47,381 bases of DNA from Silicimonas sp. Lineage in GTDB: Bacteria; Pseudomonadota; Alphaproteobacteria; Rhodobacterales; Rhodobacteraceae. Position 1 is the first letter of the stretch. The number at the start of each line of letters is the position of its first letter. Both the position numbers and the translations under genes were made by a program. The stretch lies in the NCBI GenBank assembly GCA_013003245.1, contig JABDJX010000103.1:1-47381 (forward strand), written 5' to 3'. The notes beneath the pieces were generated by a model, which made no database searches, was not told where the DNA came from, and was given only the letters and a program-made list of their open reading frames with translations. Shown piece by piece: positions 35,039 through 43,715 of the stretch.

Positions 35039-36339
35039 GCGCGGAACAAATGGGCCTTGTCGGCATCGTGGCTTTGCTGGTCCTTCTCATCCTGCGGGTT
35101 CCCGTGGCATTTGCCATGTTCCTCGTTGGTTTCATTGGCATCTGGAGCGTTCGTGGCTGGGACGCCGCCATGGGGCTGCTAAGTTCAGAGACGTTCACCC
35201 TCGCGTCCTCGCCCGAGTTGGTTGTCATTCCCCTCTTTATCCTGATGGGAAACGTTGCCACGTCTACCGGCATGAGCCGCAAGCTCTATAACGCCGCGTA
35301 TGCAATAATAGGCCACATACGCGGTGGTCTGGCATCTGCAACGGTTGTCGGTTGCGGTGGATTTGCGGCTTTGTCAGGCTCCTCGGTCGCGTCAGCCCTG
35401 ACCATGGGCAAAGTGTCCCTGTCGGAAATGGATCGGTACAAATACGATCCACGCTTGTCGACGGGCGTTGTGGCGGCGGGGGGAACGCTTGGCATTCTCA
35501 TTCCGCCGTCCACCGGTTTTGTTATCTTTGCAATCCTGACCGAGCAATCCATCGGGCGCTTGTTTCTTGCAGGTGTTCTGCCGGGGCTATTGTTGCTGGC
35601 GATGTTTATGCTGACTGTAACCCTGATTTGCTACATCCGGCCGGAAGCCGGACCACGCGGCCCGCGCACGTCATGGCGCGAAAAGCGTGCGGCTTTGGGG
35701 GGCGCATTTCCGATCCTTGCTGTGATCATCGTCACCATCGGGGGCATATACGGCGGGCTGTTCTCGCCCGTTGAAGCGGCGGGCGTCGGCGCTGGTCTTG
35801 TGATCCTTTACGGGGTCTTCACGCGCAGGCTTGGCCTGGCAGAGTTCTGGCAATCCGCACGCAGTTCTGTTGTCACAACGGCCACGGTGATGCTGATCCT
35901 GATCGGTGCCCATATGATCAACCCGTTTCTGGCACTAAGCCACCTGCCAAGCTATGTCGGCGGAGGCCTCGTGGCTCTTGATCTTCCGGTTCTGGGGATC
36001 CTCGCCTTAATGTTGCTCGTTTATCTTGTACTGGGCTGCTTTCTTGAAGGTTTTGCGATGTTGGTTCTGACGTTGCCAATCTTCTTCCCGGTCGTGCTGC
36101 AATTGGGCATCGACCCCATTTGGTTCGGTGTCTTGGTTGTTCTGACGTTAGAGATGGGCCTGATCTCGCCGCCCGTCGGCATAAACGTCTTTATCGTGAA
36201 ATCCGTTGCACCCAACGTGTCACTTGGTGAGATTTTTCGCGGTGTGGCACCGTTTTGGGGCGCGATGCTCGTTACACTCTTGATCCTGATTGCGTTCCCG
36301 CAAATCTCACTGCTCCTCCCCAACACAATGTTCAACTAG
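35035..36339 (+). CDS. dctM: TRAP transporter large permease (DctM family)
   Basis: Start moved from 34843 to ATG 35035 (MSAEQMGLVGIVALL), giving 434 aa. Motifs VIPLFILMGNV and GLFSPVEAAGVG. Confidence 0.9.
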   Translation: MSAEQMGLVGIVALLVLLILRVPVAFAMFLVGFIGIWSVRGWDAAMGLLSSETFTLASSPELVVIPLFILMGNVATSTGMSRKLYNAAYAIIGHIRGGLASATVVGCGGFAALSGSSVASALTMGKVSLSEMDRYKYDPRLSTGVVAAGGTLGILIPPSTGFVIFAILTEQSIGRLFLAGVLPGLLLLAMFMLTVTLICYIRPEAGPRGPRTSWREKRAALGGAFPILAVIIVTIGGIYGGLFSPVEAAGVGAGLVILYGVFTRRLGLAEFWQSARSSVVTTATVMLILIGAHMINPFLALSHLPSYVGGGLVALDLPVLGILALMLLVYLVLGCFLEGFAMLVLTLPIFFPVVLQLGIDPIWFGVLVVLTLEMGLISPPVGINVFIVKSVAPNVSLGEIFRGVAPFWGAMLVTLLILIAFPQISLLLPNTMFN

Positions 36340-36350
36340 GAGATCTGTCC

Positions 36351-37085
36351 ATGGCTGACAAGAAATCCGCTCTCGTCATCTCGGCTCATTCTGCCGATTT
36401 CGTCTGGCGTTGCGGGGGAGCAATCGCCCTGCACCAAAAACTGGGATTTGAGGTCACCGTCGTGTGCCTGTCATACGGCGAGCGCGGCGAAAGTGCCAAA
36501 CTGTGGAAACAGGAAGGCATGACGCTGGAGAAGGTCAAAACGGCGAGACGCATAGAGGCTGAAAACGCAGCCAAAGCGCTGGACGTCCACGACATTCAGT
36601 TCTTCGACCTTGGCGACTATCCGTTAGAGCTTTCACGTGAGGAAAAATTCCGGCTGGTGGATGTGATCCGTGCTGTGCAACCGGATTTCATGCTCAGCCA
36701 TTCAAAATATGACCCGTACAACACCGATCATTCGTATACGACACAAGTGACTTTAGAAGCCCGCATGATCGCACAGGCTTGGGGGCACAACCCCGGTGAG
36801 CAAGTGCTGGGCGCACCTCAATTGTACCTGTTTGAGCCGCATCAAACCGAGCGCATGGAGTGGAAACCCGACACCTTCCTCGACATCACGGACGTATGGG
36901 ACAAAAAGCGTGCCGCCATCGAGTGCATGCAGGGCCAGGAACACCTTTGGGAGTTTTACACCCGTGTGGCACAACAACGGGCCAACCACTTCAAGCGCAA
37001 TTCGGGCGGACAATCGGGTGGGCGCAATTGCCAGTACGCCGAAGGGTTTCAATCCGTCTTCCCACGCACGGTGGACCAGCTATGA
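36351..37085 (+). CDS. galB: PIG-L/LmbE-family protein, probable 4-oxalomesaconate hydratase (GalB-like)
   Basis: ATG 36351, preceded by AGGAG. 244 aa: SALVISAHSADFVWRCGG (PIG-L AHxDD-type motif region). Context with GalC- and GalD-like genes. Confidence 0.7.
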   Translation: MADKKSALVISAHSADFVWRCGGAIALHQKLGFEVTVVCLSYGERGESAKLWKQEGMTLEKVKTARRIEAENAAKALDVHDIQFFDLGDYPLELSREEKFRLVDVIRAVQPDFMLSHSKYDPYNTDHSYTTQVTLEARMIAQAWGHNPGEQVLGAPQLYLFEPHQTERMEWKPDTFLDITDVWDKKRAAIECMQGQEHLWEFYTRVAQQRANHFKRNSGGQSGGRNCQYAEGFQSVFPRTVDQL

Positions 37086-38023
37086 GTGATATCGCACACC
37101 TTGGGCACGTCGAACTTTATACCGATCAGTTCGATGCAAGTGTCGATTTTTTCACGCGTGTTTACGGGCTGACACTTAGCGAGCAGATAGGCGACAGTGC
37201 TTATTTGCGCGCCTTTGACGACTATGAATTCCACACCCTGAAACTGACCAAATATCACACCACCGGGGTTGGCCACATCGCATATCGCGCGGCCTCAGAG
37301 GAGGCCTTGATGCACCGTGTCGCGCTGATTGAGCAAAGTGGATACGAGACAAATGGTTGGGTCGATGACGACCCCGGGCATGGACGGGCCTTTCGGTTCA
37401 AAGACCCGTTCAACCATACGTTTGAGATTTACTGGGACACCAAGCGCTATCAGGCACCGCCAGATGAAAAGCCTGCCCTGAAGAACCTTGCGCAACGTTA
37501 TCACGGGCGCGGTGCATGTCCGCGCCGATTGGATCACGTGAACCTTCTTGCCACAGACGTGGCCGAGTTTCGGCGGTTTATGGAAATATGCCTTGGCAGC
37601 CGAGTGACGGAAATGATCCAGCTTGATAACGGGCGCATCGGCGGGTGCTGGTTTACCGTTAACAACAAAACCTACGATCTGGCCTGCACCGAAGAGCACG
37701 GCAAGGCCGACGGTCGTTTCCACCATCTGACCTATGCCACAGATCAGCGCGAAGATATCTTGCGTGCAGCAGACATCTTCCTTGAAAACGGAGTCCACAT
37801 CGAAACCGGCCCGCATAAACATGCGATCCAAGGCACGTTCTTTCTCTATGTCTGGGAACCGGCAGGCAATCGGGTTGAACTGGCCAATGCAGGCGCAAGG
37901 CTGATCCTTGCCCCGGATTGGGAGCCGGTCGTTTGGACCGAAACAGAGCGGAAAAAGGGGCAAGCCTGGGGTTTGAAAACCATCGATACGTTTCATACCC
38001 ACGGCACGCCGCCTGTCGAATAA
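37082..38023 (+). CDS. type I (VOC, two-domain) extradiol dioxygenase, catechol 2,3-dioxygenase-like
   Basis: The ATG at 37082 overlaps the galB stop (ATGA) and gives 313 aa. The metal ligand pattern matches XylE positions: RRLDHVNLL (His), FHHLTYA (His), [13 protein letters not shown] (Glu). Also [14 protein letters not shown]. Confidence 0.85.
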   Translation: MSDIAHLGHVELYTDQFDASVDFFTRVYGLTLSEQIGDSAYLRAFDDYEFHTLKLTKYHTTGVGHIAYRAASEEALMHRVALIEQSGYETNGWVDDDPGHGRAFRFKDPFNHTFEIYWDTKRYQAPPDEKPALKNLAQRYHGRGACPRRLDHVNLLATDVAEFRRFMEICLGSRVTEMIQLDNGRIGGCWFTVNNKTYDLACTEEHGKADGRFHHLTYATDQREDILRAADIFLENGVHIETGPHKHAIQGTFFLYVWEPAGNRVELANAGARLILAPDWEPVVWTETERKKGQAWGLKTIDTFHTHGTPPVE

Positions 38024-38033
38024 GGAGACGAAC

Positions 38034-38705
38034 ATGAACGTTGTCGTGCAAAACATCCCACGCGCGGATCCAGCCATCATAAAGGATCTGGGCGCTGCAG
38101 GTGTGGCAACCGTTCACGAAGCGCAAGCGCGGACAGGATTGCTTGCCAGCTACATCCGGCCGATTTATCGCGGCGCGTCCATTGCCGGGTCGGCTGTTAC
38201 AATCCTTGCACCTCCGGGCGACAATTGGATGCTGCACGTCGCGATTGAACAGCTCCAGCCAGGCGACATTCTTGTTCTTGGAACCACCGAGCCATCGGAT
38301 GCAGGCTATTTCGGAGATCTACTTGCCACATCAGCGAAGGCCCGCGGCTGTCGTGGGCTGATCATTGATGCCGGCGTGCGTGACGTGCGCGATCTGGAAG
38401 CCATCGGGTTTCCGGTCTGGTCCAAGGCGATTTGCGCGCAAGGCACGATCAAGGAAACGCTTGGCTCCGTCAACGTGCCGATTATCTGTGCGGGCGCGGC
38501 GATAAACCCCGGCGACGTTATTGTAGCGGATGACGACGGGGTCTGCGTGGTCGCACATGGTGAAGCTGAAACGGTCAACAAAGCCGCGCAAGCCCGTATC
38601 GCCAACGAAGAAGAAAAACGTGCCCGGTTTGAACAAGGTGAGTTGGGGCTGGATATGTACGACATGCGCGACCGGCTTGAAAAAGCAGGGCTTATTTATG
38701 TCTGA
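38034..38705 (+). CDS. galC: RraA-fold 4-carboxy-4-hydroxy-2-oxoadipate (CHA/HMG) aldolase/oxaloacetate decarboxylase (GalC/LigK-like)
   Basis: 223 aa. AAGGAG Shine-Dalgarno. VATVHEAQ...[11 protein letters not shown]...[27 protein letters not shown]...FPVWSK. Confidence 0.85.
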   Translation: MNVVVQNIPRADPAIIKDLGAAGVATVHEAQARTGLLASYIRPIYRGASIAGSAVTILAPPGDNWMLHVAIEQLQPGDILVLGTTEPSDAGYFGDLLATSAKARGCRGLIIDAGVRDVRDLEAIGFPVWSKAICAQGTIKETLGSVNVPIICAGAAINPGDVIVADDDGVCVVAHGEAETVNKAAQARIANEEEKRARFEQGELGLDMYDMRDRLEKAGLIYV

Positions 38706-39753
38706 CGGCATTGCGTGCATGTGGATGCGTGGTGGGACGTCTAAGGGCGGCTACTTTCTGGCCTCAGACCTTCCCAAGGATGTCGCCGAGCGCGATGCGG
38801 TTCTTTTGTCGATCATGGGAAGCCCGGACGCGCGGCAAATTGACGGCATGGGCGGGGCGGATCCGCTAACGTCAAAGGTTGCCATTGTAAGCCCATCCAT
38901 GCGGGATGGTGTTGATGTGGACTATCTGTTCTTACAGGTCGCCGTCGATCAACCGCTGGTTTCTGACGGGCAAAACTGCGGGAATATCCTTGCCGGAGTG
39001 GCACCTTTTGCGATTGAACGCGGGCTTGTGGCGGTCAATCAGCCTGAAACAATTGTTCGCATATTCATGCGCAACACCGGCCAGACTGCGCAGGCACGCG
39101 TTGCAACGCCACGCGGCTTTGTCGCGTATGCCGGAGATGCCCAGATCGACGGCGTACCAGGAACAGCCGCCGCGGTGCCAATCGCATTTGAGGACACTGC
39201 CGGGTCAAGCTGTGGGGCACTTTTTCCAACCGGGCATCCAACCGACCAGATCCTGGGCACAGATGTGACGCTGATTGACAACGGAATGCCCTGCGTCTTG
39301 CTGCGCGCGGGTGACCTTGGTCTAACCGGGACCGAGGACCCTGCCACGCTGGAAAGCAATCAGAGCCTGCGCGATCAGCTAGAGGCCATTCGATTAGAGG
39401 CTGGCCCAATGATGAATTTGGGCGATGTCGCGCAAAAGACAGTTCCGAAAATGACGCTGATTGCAGCGCCGCAAAGGGGTGGCTCTATCACGACACGCAC
39501 CTTTATTCCGCATCGTTGTCACAAAGCGATTGGTGTTCTGGGCGCTGTAAGTGTCGCCACGGCGTGTCTAACACCCGGAACGGTCACTCAGGATTTTGCG
39601 CATTTTGAGGGATCATCAAGACCTGTTTTGTCCATTGAGCATCCGACAGGTCAAATGACAATCATTGCGCACATCGACAACGGCAGTGTCACTCGCACCG
39701 AAGTCCTGCGTACGGCACGCAAATTGATGGATGGCCTAGTGTTCAAGGCATAG
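38698..39753 (+). CDS. galD: PrpF-family isomerase, probable 4-oxalomesaconate tautomerase (GalD-like)
   Basis: ATG 38698, overlapping the galC 3' end, giving 351 aa: [15 protein letters not shown]...[18 protein letters not shown]...[15 protein letters not shown]. Confidence 0.85.
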   Translation: MSDGIACMWMRGGTSKGGYFLASDLPKDVAERDAVLLSIMGSPDARQIDGMGGADPLTSKVAIVSPSMRDGVDVDYLFLQVAVDQPLVSDGQNCGNILAGVAPFAIERGLVAVNQPETIVRIFMRNTGQTAQARVATPRGFVAYAGDAQIDGVPGTAAAVPIAFEDTAGSSCGALFPTGHPTDQILGTDVTLIDNGMPCVLLRAGDLGLTGTEDPATLESNQSLRDQLEAIRLEAGPMMNLGDVAQKTVPKMTLIAAPQRGGSITTRTFIPHRCHKAIGVLGAVSVATACLTPGTVTQDFAHFEGSSRPVLSIEHPTGQMTIIAHIDNGSVTRTEVLRTARKLMDGLVFKA

Positions 39754-39767
39754 CGATAGCATCTGGC

Positions 39768-41429
39768 TCACTGCGCGGCTTGCGCACAATAGCAGGAGGC
39801 ACCGATGATACCGTCAGCACGCGCTTCTGCGATCGCCAATTTCTGAGCAATCAATCGGCCCTCAAGACCTCGTCCCTCTCCGCGAGCATTCAAGCAATCG
39901 TTCAGGCCGCGCAGGCTCCACACATTGTCTGGATGGATTTGCGCCCGGCTCAGTGTGCCGCCAAGTCCAAGGTCTTCCCGATAAACCGCCTCTGCGTCAT
40001 CCACATGGCCCTGCTCTAGAAGCAATGCCCCCAGCGCGTGACGTGTCGGCTGCATCCAGCCCCAGGGTTCGTCGTAAGGAAGCGCGTCCTCCAGAGCCAC
40101 CGCATCACGCAGACTTTTATACGCGCGATCGTAGTTGCCCTTCCGGTATTCAATCTCCCCTTCCAGCATCGCCTCCGCCACGGCCAGCTGTTCCAGACAT
40201 AACACATTGTGCAGGCGGCGATCCTCTGGCATCGCATCTCGCGCAGCAAGGAACAGCCTTTGCTCGACTTCAGCCTCTGGCACGTCGCCAAGTGCTGCAT
40301 GGGCCACACCTTTGGCGTAGTGCAGTGTCGCCGTCAGATTGGCCCAAAGCGCCGGGTCGTCTGGCAGCGGCTCGGCGATAAGTTCGCGCCACTTTCCAAA
40401 ACGGATCATCACGTGAACCCAAAGTGCAAAATAGCTTTCAAAGAAAGTCGCGAATGGCGGCGATTCAACCAAGAGCAACTCTTTTGGTGTCACGTCTACA
40501 AGCTCGCGCGCCATACGCATGGCCGGCTCATATTGGCCAAGGAACATCGCCCCGTAGGCCGCAAAATGGTAATTGTGGATGCGGTAGCCGGTGTAAAGCG
40601 TGTAGACACCTGCGTCCTCCAAGGCTTTACGGTCAACCTGCGTGGCCTTCCAGTTCCAATGATAAACATCACGGTAATACCCACACTGAACATCGATATG
40701 GGTTGGCATGTGCATGAGATGCCCTGCATCCGGCACCAGTTCGCGCAGCGCGTCGCCAGCCTTCAATGCCTTTTCCGGTGTTGGCGACATTTCCATTAAG
40801 TGCACGTAAAGGTGAAGTATGCCCGGATGAGACCACGCGTCCTCGTGACGGTCAAGCATCGTCTCCAAAACTTCTTGAGCTTCGAGCGTTCCAGCGTCCT
40901 TTGCGGCAAGGCCGGTCGTCTGATCCCACATATTCCAAGGGGTTCGATTCATGATTGCTTCGACAAAAATACAGGCAACATCAAGATCGCCGGGAAAAGC
41001 CTCAAAAACCCCACGCATCGCGTTGGCATAGTCGTCGTTCCATCCGCGCATGACATCGAAGTCTTCCGGCGCGCTCTGAGGAAACCGGGAAGGCAGCGCC
41101 TCAATTATCGCGCGTTCAAATGGTGTTACTTTCTCGATCAGCGCAATTGCAGCTTGTGTTGCCGAATAACAGGTTTTGGCAGTGTCTGAACGCATGTTCG
41201 CATCGCGCCGCTCCCAAGGCATGTTGTAGTTCGGGCCTGCGGCATAGGCGACACCCCAATGGGCCATTGCGCATTCCGGATCGGCCTCTATTGCACGGCG
41301 AAAGCAAGCCACGGCCTCATCATGATAATATGCATTGGTCCAGACTAGCCCGCGATTGAACCAAAGCTGCGCGTTCGGTGAAGATGTGGAAATGCGCCGT
41401 TCATAAACGTCGATGTCATAATAATCCAT
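39768..41429 (-). CDS. TPR-repeat protein of unknown function
   Basis: Start moved to ATG 41429 (MDYYDIDVYERR), giving 553 aa. Helical-repeat character throughout (FNRGLVWTNAYYHDEAVACFRRAIEADPECAMAHWG...). Convergent with galD, with a 14-nt gap. Confidence 0.65.
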   Translation of the reverse strand: MDYYDIDVYERRISTSSPNAQLWFNRGLVWTNAYYHDEAVACFRRAIEADPECAMAHWGVAYAAGPNYNMPWERRDANMRSDTAKTCYSATQAAIALIEKVTPFERAIIEALPSRFPQSAPEDFDVMRGWNDDYANAMRGVFEAFPGDLDVACIFVEAIMNRTPWNMWDQTTGLAAKDAGTLEAQEVLETMLDRHEDAWSHPGILHLYVHLMEMSPTPEKALKAGDALRELVPDAGHLMHMPTHIDVQCGYYRDVYHWNWKATQVDRKALEDAGVYTLYTGYRIHNYHFAAYGAMFLGQYEPAMRMARELVDVTPKELLLVESPPFATFFESYFALWVHVMIRFGKWRELIAEPLPDDPALWANLTATLHYAKGVAHAALGDVPEAEVEQRLFLAARDAMPEDRRLHNVLCLEQLAVAEAMLEGEIEYRKGNYDRAYKSLRDAVALEDALPYDEPWGWMQPTRHALGALLLEQGHVDDAEAVYREDLGLGGTLSRAQIHPDNVWSLRGLNDCLNARGEGRGLEGRLIAQKLAIAEARADGIIGASCYCAQAAQ

Positions 41430-41649
41430 GTGGCCCCCAAAAGCTGCTGACCACACTTTACGCCCAATCGGGATCGGGACAAAGTAGGCCGAGCAATTGA
41501 CCAATTTTTGCGGCGCTTGGAGGTAGCTCTGAATTGCCTCTTCGGGCACGGCAGTTGATGGCCCAGAGTATTGCCACTGACATCGATGATGACGATACAC
41601 TGCGGGGGCGACTGTCGGACGAACCGTGCTCTAGTCCGCGACATCAGGC

Positions 41650-42651
41650 TTAACTGGTTCCGCCTGCCACAAGTTTCACACGGATGTTTTCACGTCTCTC
41701 CTGTGATCTGCCGTCAAAGATGTCGACCAGGATTTCAGCGGCAACTTCGCCGATCCGTTTGGCATCCACATCGACGGTGGTGATACGAGGCTCCGAGATT
41801 GCGGCGACTTCGAAATTGCCGAAACCGGTGATCGCCAGTTGACCCGGGACGTCGATGCCAAGTCGACGGCATTCGTTCAGCACCCCAAAAGCCACGGGGT
41901 CAGACACGCATACCAACGCGTCATAGTCCAAGAGCGCTTTCCCCATCGACGCCGCCAATGCCGCTCCATGACGCATCGAGACCGGTGCTGGTCCCGCGTC
42001 CAGAATAGCCACCGGCGGCAAACCCAGACGTGCAGCAGTGGCAATCGCGCCAGACCGCCTGTCAGCGCCACGCAGATCGCTGCCTTCGGAGGCACCCACA
42101 AAGGCCAGCTTCCGGCGCCCGTTTTCCGCCAGATGTTCAACGATGATTTCCATCGCCTTTGCGTTGGAAAACCCAACCACCTTGTCGAAGGGGTCAGGTG
42201 GCAAGTCCCATATTTCGATAACCGGCAAGCCACGTGACCTAATCAGATCGCGCGTGACATCGCTGTGATACCCTCCGGTCAGCACGAGGGCTTCGGGATT
42301 TCGCGCAAGCAATTGCCGGACAAGGTCTTCTTCGCGTTCGATCCGATAGTTCGTGGCGCCCAGCAATATCTGGATGCCGCGATCTGCAAGCCCATTTGAA
42401 AGCGCGCAATAGGTTTCGGCGAAATTGGCGTTGTTGATAGAAGGCAAAGTCACCGCGACAAAGCCACTTTTCCGGGTTCGGAAAGCCTGCGCCGTGGTAT
42501 CGTAAATATAACCGAGGTCATCCGCGATCTTTTGGATACGCGCCCGTGTCTTCGCGTTGACAGTTTCGTCGTTCCGAAGTGCACGCGAGACCGTCATGGG
42601 CGACACGCCCACGGCCTTGGCCACATCGCGCATGGTAACGCGCTCTGTCAT
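41650..42651 (-). CDS. LacI family transcriptional regulator (GntR/IdnR-type)
   Basis: 333 aa. N-terminal HTH VTMRDVAKAVGVSPMTVSRALRN plus a periplasmic-binding-protein-like sugar-binding domain. Confidence 0.9.
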   Translation of the reverse strand: MTERVTMRDVAKAVGVSPMTVSRALRNDETVNAKTRARIQKIADDLGYIYDTTAQAFRTRKSGFVAVTLPSINNANFAETYCALSNGLADRGIQILLGATNYRIEREEDLVRQLLARNPEALVLTGGYHSDVTRDLIRSRGLPVIEIWDLPPDPFDKVVGFSNAKAMEIIVEHLAENGRRKLAFVGASEGSDLRGADRRSGAIATAARLGLPPVAILDAGPAPVSMRHGAALAASMGKALLDYDALVCVSDPVAFGVLNECRRLGIDVPGQLAITGFGNFEVAAISEPRITTVDVDAKRIGEVAAEILVDIFDGRSQERRENIRVKLVAGGTS

Positions 42652-42657
42652 ATCGGA

Positions 42658-42789
42658 CTAGCCAAGAAATACATGTCGTTCGGTCATATGGTGATGGATA
42701 CAGCCTTCAAAACGTGCGCAGACAATTTCACCCGTCACAATCGCAACGCCCATGGCGCCAGCGCCTACAAGTGCGATGCGCTCACCCAC
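42658..42789 (-). pseudogene. 43-codon remnant of a Rossmann-fold dehydrogenase N-terminus
   Basis: My translation from GTG 42789 (TAGTG overlap with the idnO stop) is VGERIALVGAGAMGVAIVTGEIVCARFEGCIHHHMTERHVFLG-stop. The GxGxxG dinucleotide-fold start is followed by premature termination. Confidence 0.3.
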
Positions 42790-43550
42790 TACAGCGATGC
42801 CGTGATGCCACCATCGACATAGAGCGTATGACCATTTACAAAGCTTGACGCATCCGACGACAGGAAGATGCAAGCGCCCACCAATTCCTCGACATTGCCC
42901 CACCGTCCGGCAGGCGTGCGCTTTTCCAGCCACGCAGAGAACTCGGCGTCCGCAACCAGGGCGGCATTCAGCGGCGTGTCGAAATAGCCTGGCGCAATCG
43001 CATTGCACTGCAACCCATGTTTGGCCCAGTCGGTTGCCATGCCCTTGGTCAAATTGCCCACAGCCCCTTTTGTTGCCGTATAAGGCGCGATGCCCGGTCG
43101 GGCGAGTGCTGTCTGAACCGACGCGATGTTGATGATCTTTCCCGCCCCTCGCCCGATCATATGCCGCGCAACGGCCTGGCCGACATGAAAAACGCTGGCG
43201 ACATTCGTCTGCAATAGCTTCTCGAAAGCATCAGCTGGAAAGTTTTCAAGCTCGGTCCGATGCTGCATTCCGGCGTTGTTGACCAGAATGTCTATGGCCC
43301 CAACCTCGGCCTCGAACCCGTCGATCGCGCTGCGCACCGCCTCGTGATCTGTCGCGTCAAAGGCCAGTGTGTGAACCGTCGCGCCGGTTTTCCTGAGCGT
43401 GTCAGCCGCAGCGTTTAGCTTTGCCACATCTCTTCCGTTCAATACAATCTCGGCCCCGGCCTCGGCCAGACCTGTGGCCAAGGCAAAGCCGATACCTTGC
43501 GAAGAGCCGGTGATCAGCGCACGTTTCGAATTCAGCGAGAAGAGTTCCAT
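42789..43550 (-). CDS. idnO: gluconate 5-dehydrogenase / 5-keto-D-gluconate 5-reductase (SDR)
   Basis: 253 aa: LITGSSQGIGFALA, NNAGMQ, YTATKGAV, and a DTPLN...GRWG pattern typical of Gno/IdnO. Divergent from idnD. Confidence 0.8.
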   Translation of the reverse strand: MELFSLNSKRALITGSSQGIGFALATGLAEAGAEIVLNGRDVAKLNAAADTLRKTGATVHTLAFDATDHEAVRSAIDGFEAEVGAIDILVNNAGMQHRTELENFPADAFEKLLQTNVASVFHVGQAVARHMIGRGAGKIINIASVQTALARPGIAPYTATKGAVGNLTKGMATDWAKHGLQCNAIAPGYFDTPLNAALVADAEFSAWLEKRTPAGRWGNVEELVGACIFLSSDASSFVNGHTLYVDGGITASL

Positions 43551-43591
43551 TTTTTACCTTTGCCCTGAGAGTGCCGTTGACGGCGCTGTAG

Positions 43592-43619
43592 TGTTACGGA
43601 TAACATGTTACCGATAACA
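43592..43619. promoter_or_regulatory. two abutting LacI-type operators TGTTACGGATAACA and TGTTACCGATAACA
   Basis: Read directly in the idnO/idnD divergent region. TGTTA-N4-TAACA half-site symmetry, like enterobacterial GntR/IdnR operators. Confidence 0.55.
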
Positions 43620-43715
43620 ACAAGAGTCAACTGTCGAACCCTGCCTTTGAAATCGGACGCCGGTTTGAAGCCGATGATCGGTGCGATGCTAACCCCGGCG
43701 CTTTAAGGAAACATA

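Noticed and set aside
37295-38237. 261-aa and 192-aa minus-strand ORFs
   Set aside because: They are antisense to the extradiol dioxygenase and galC genes. They are shadow frames.
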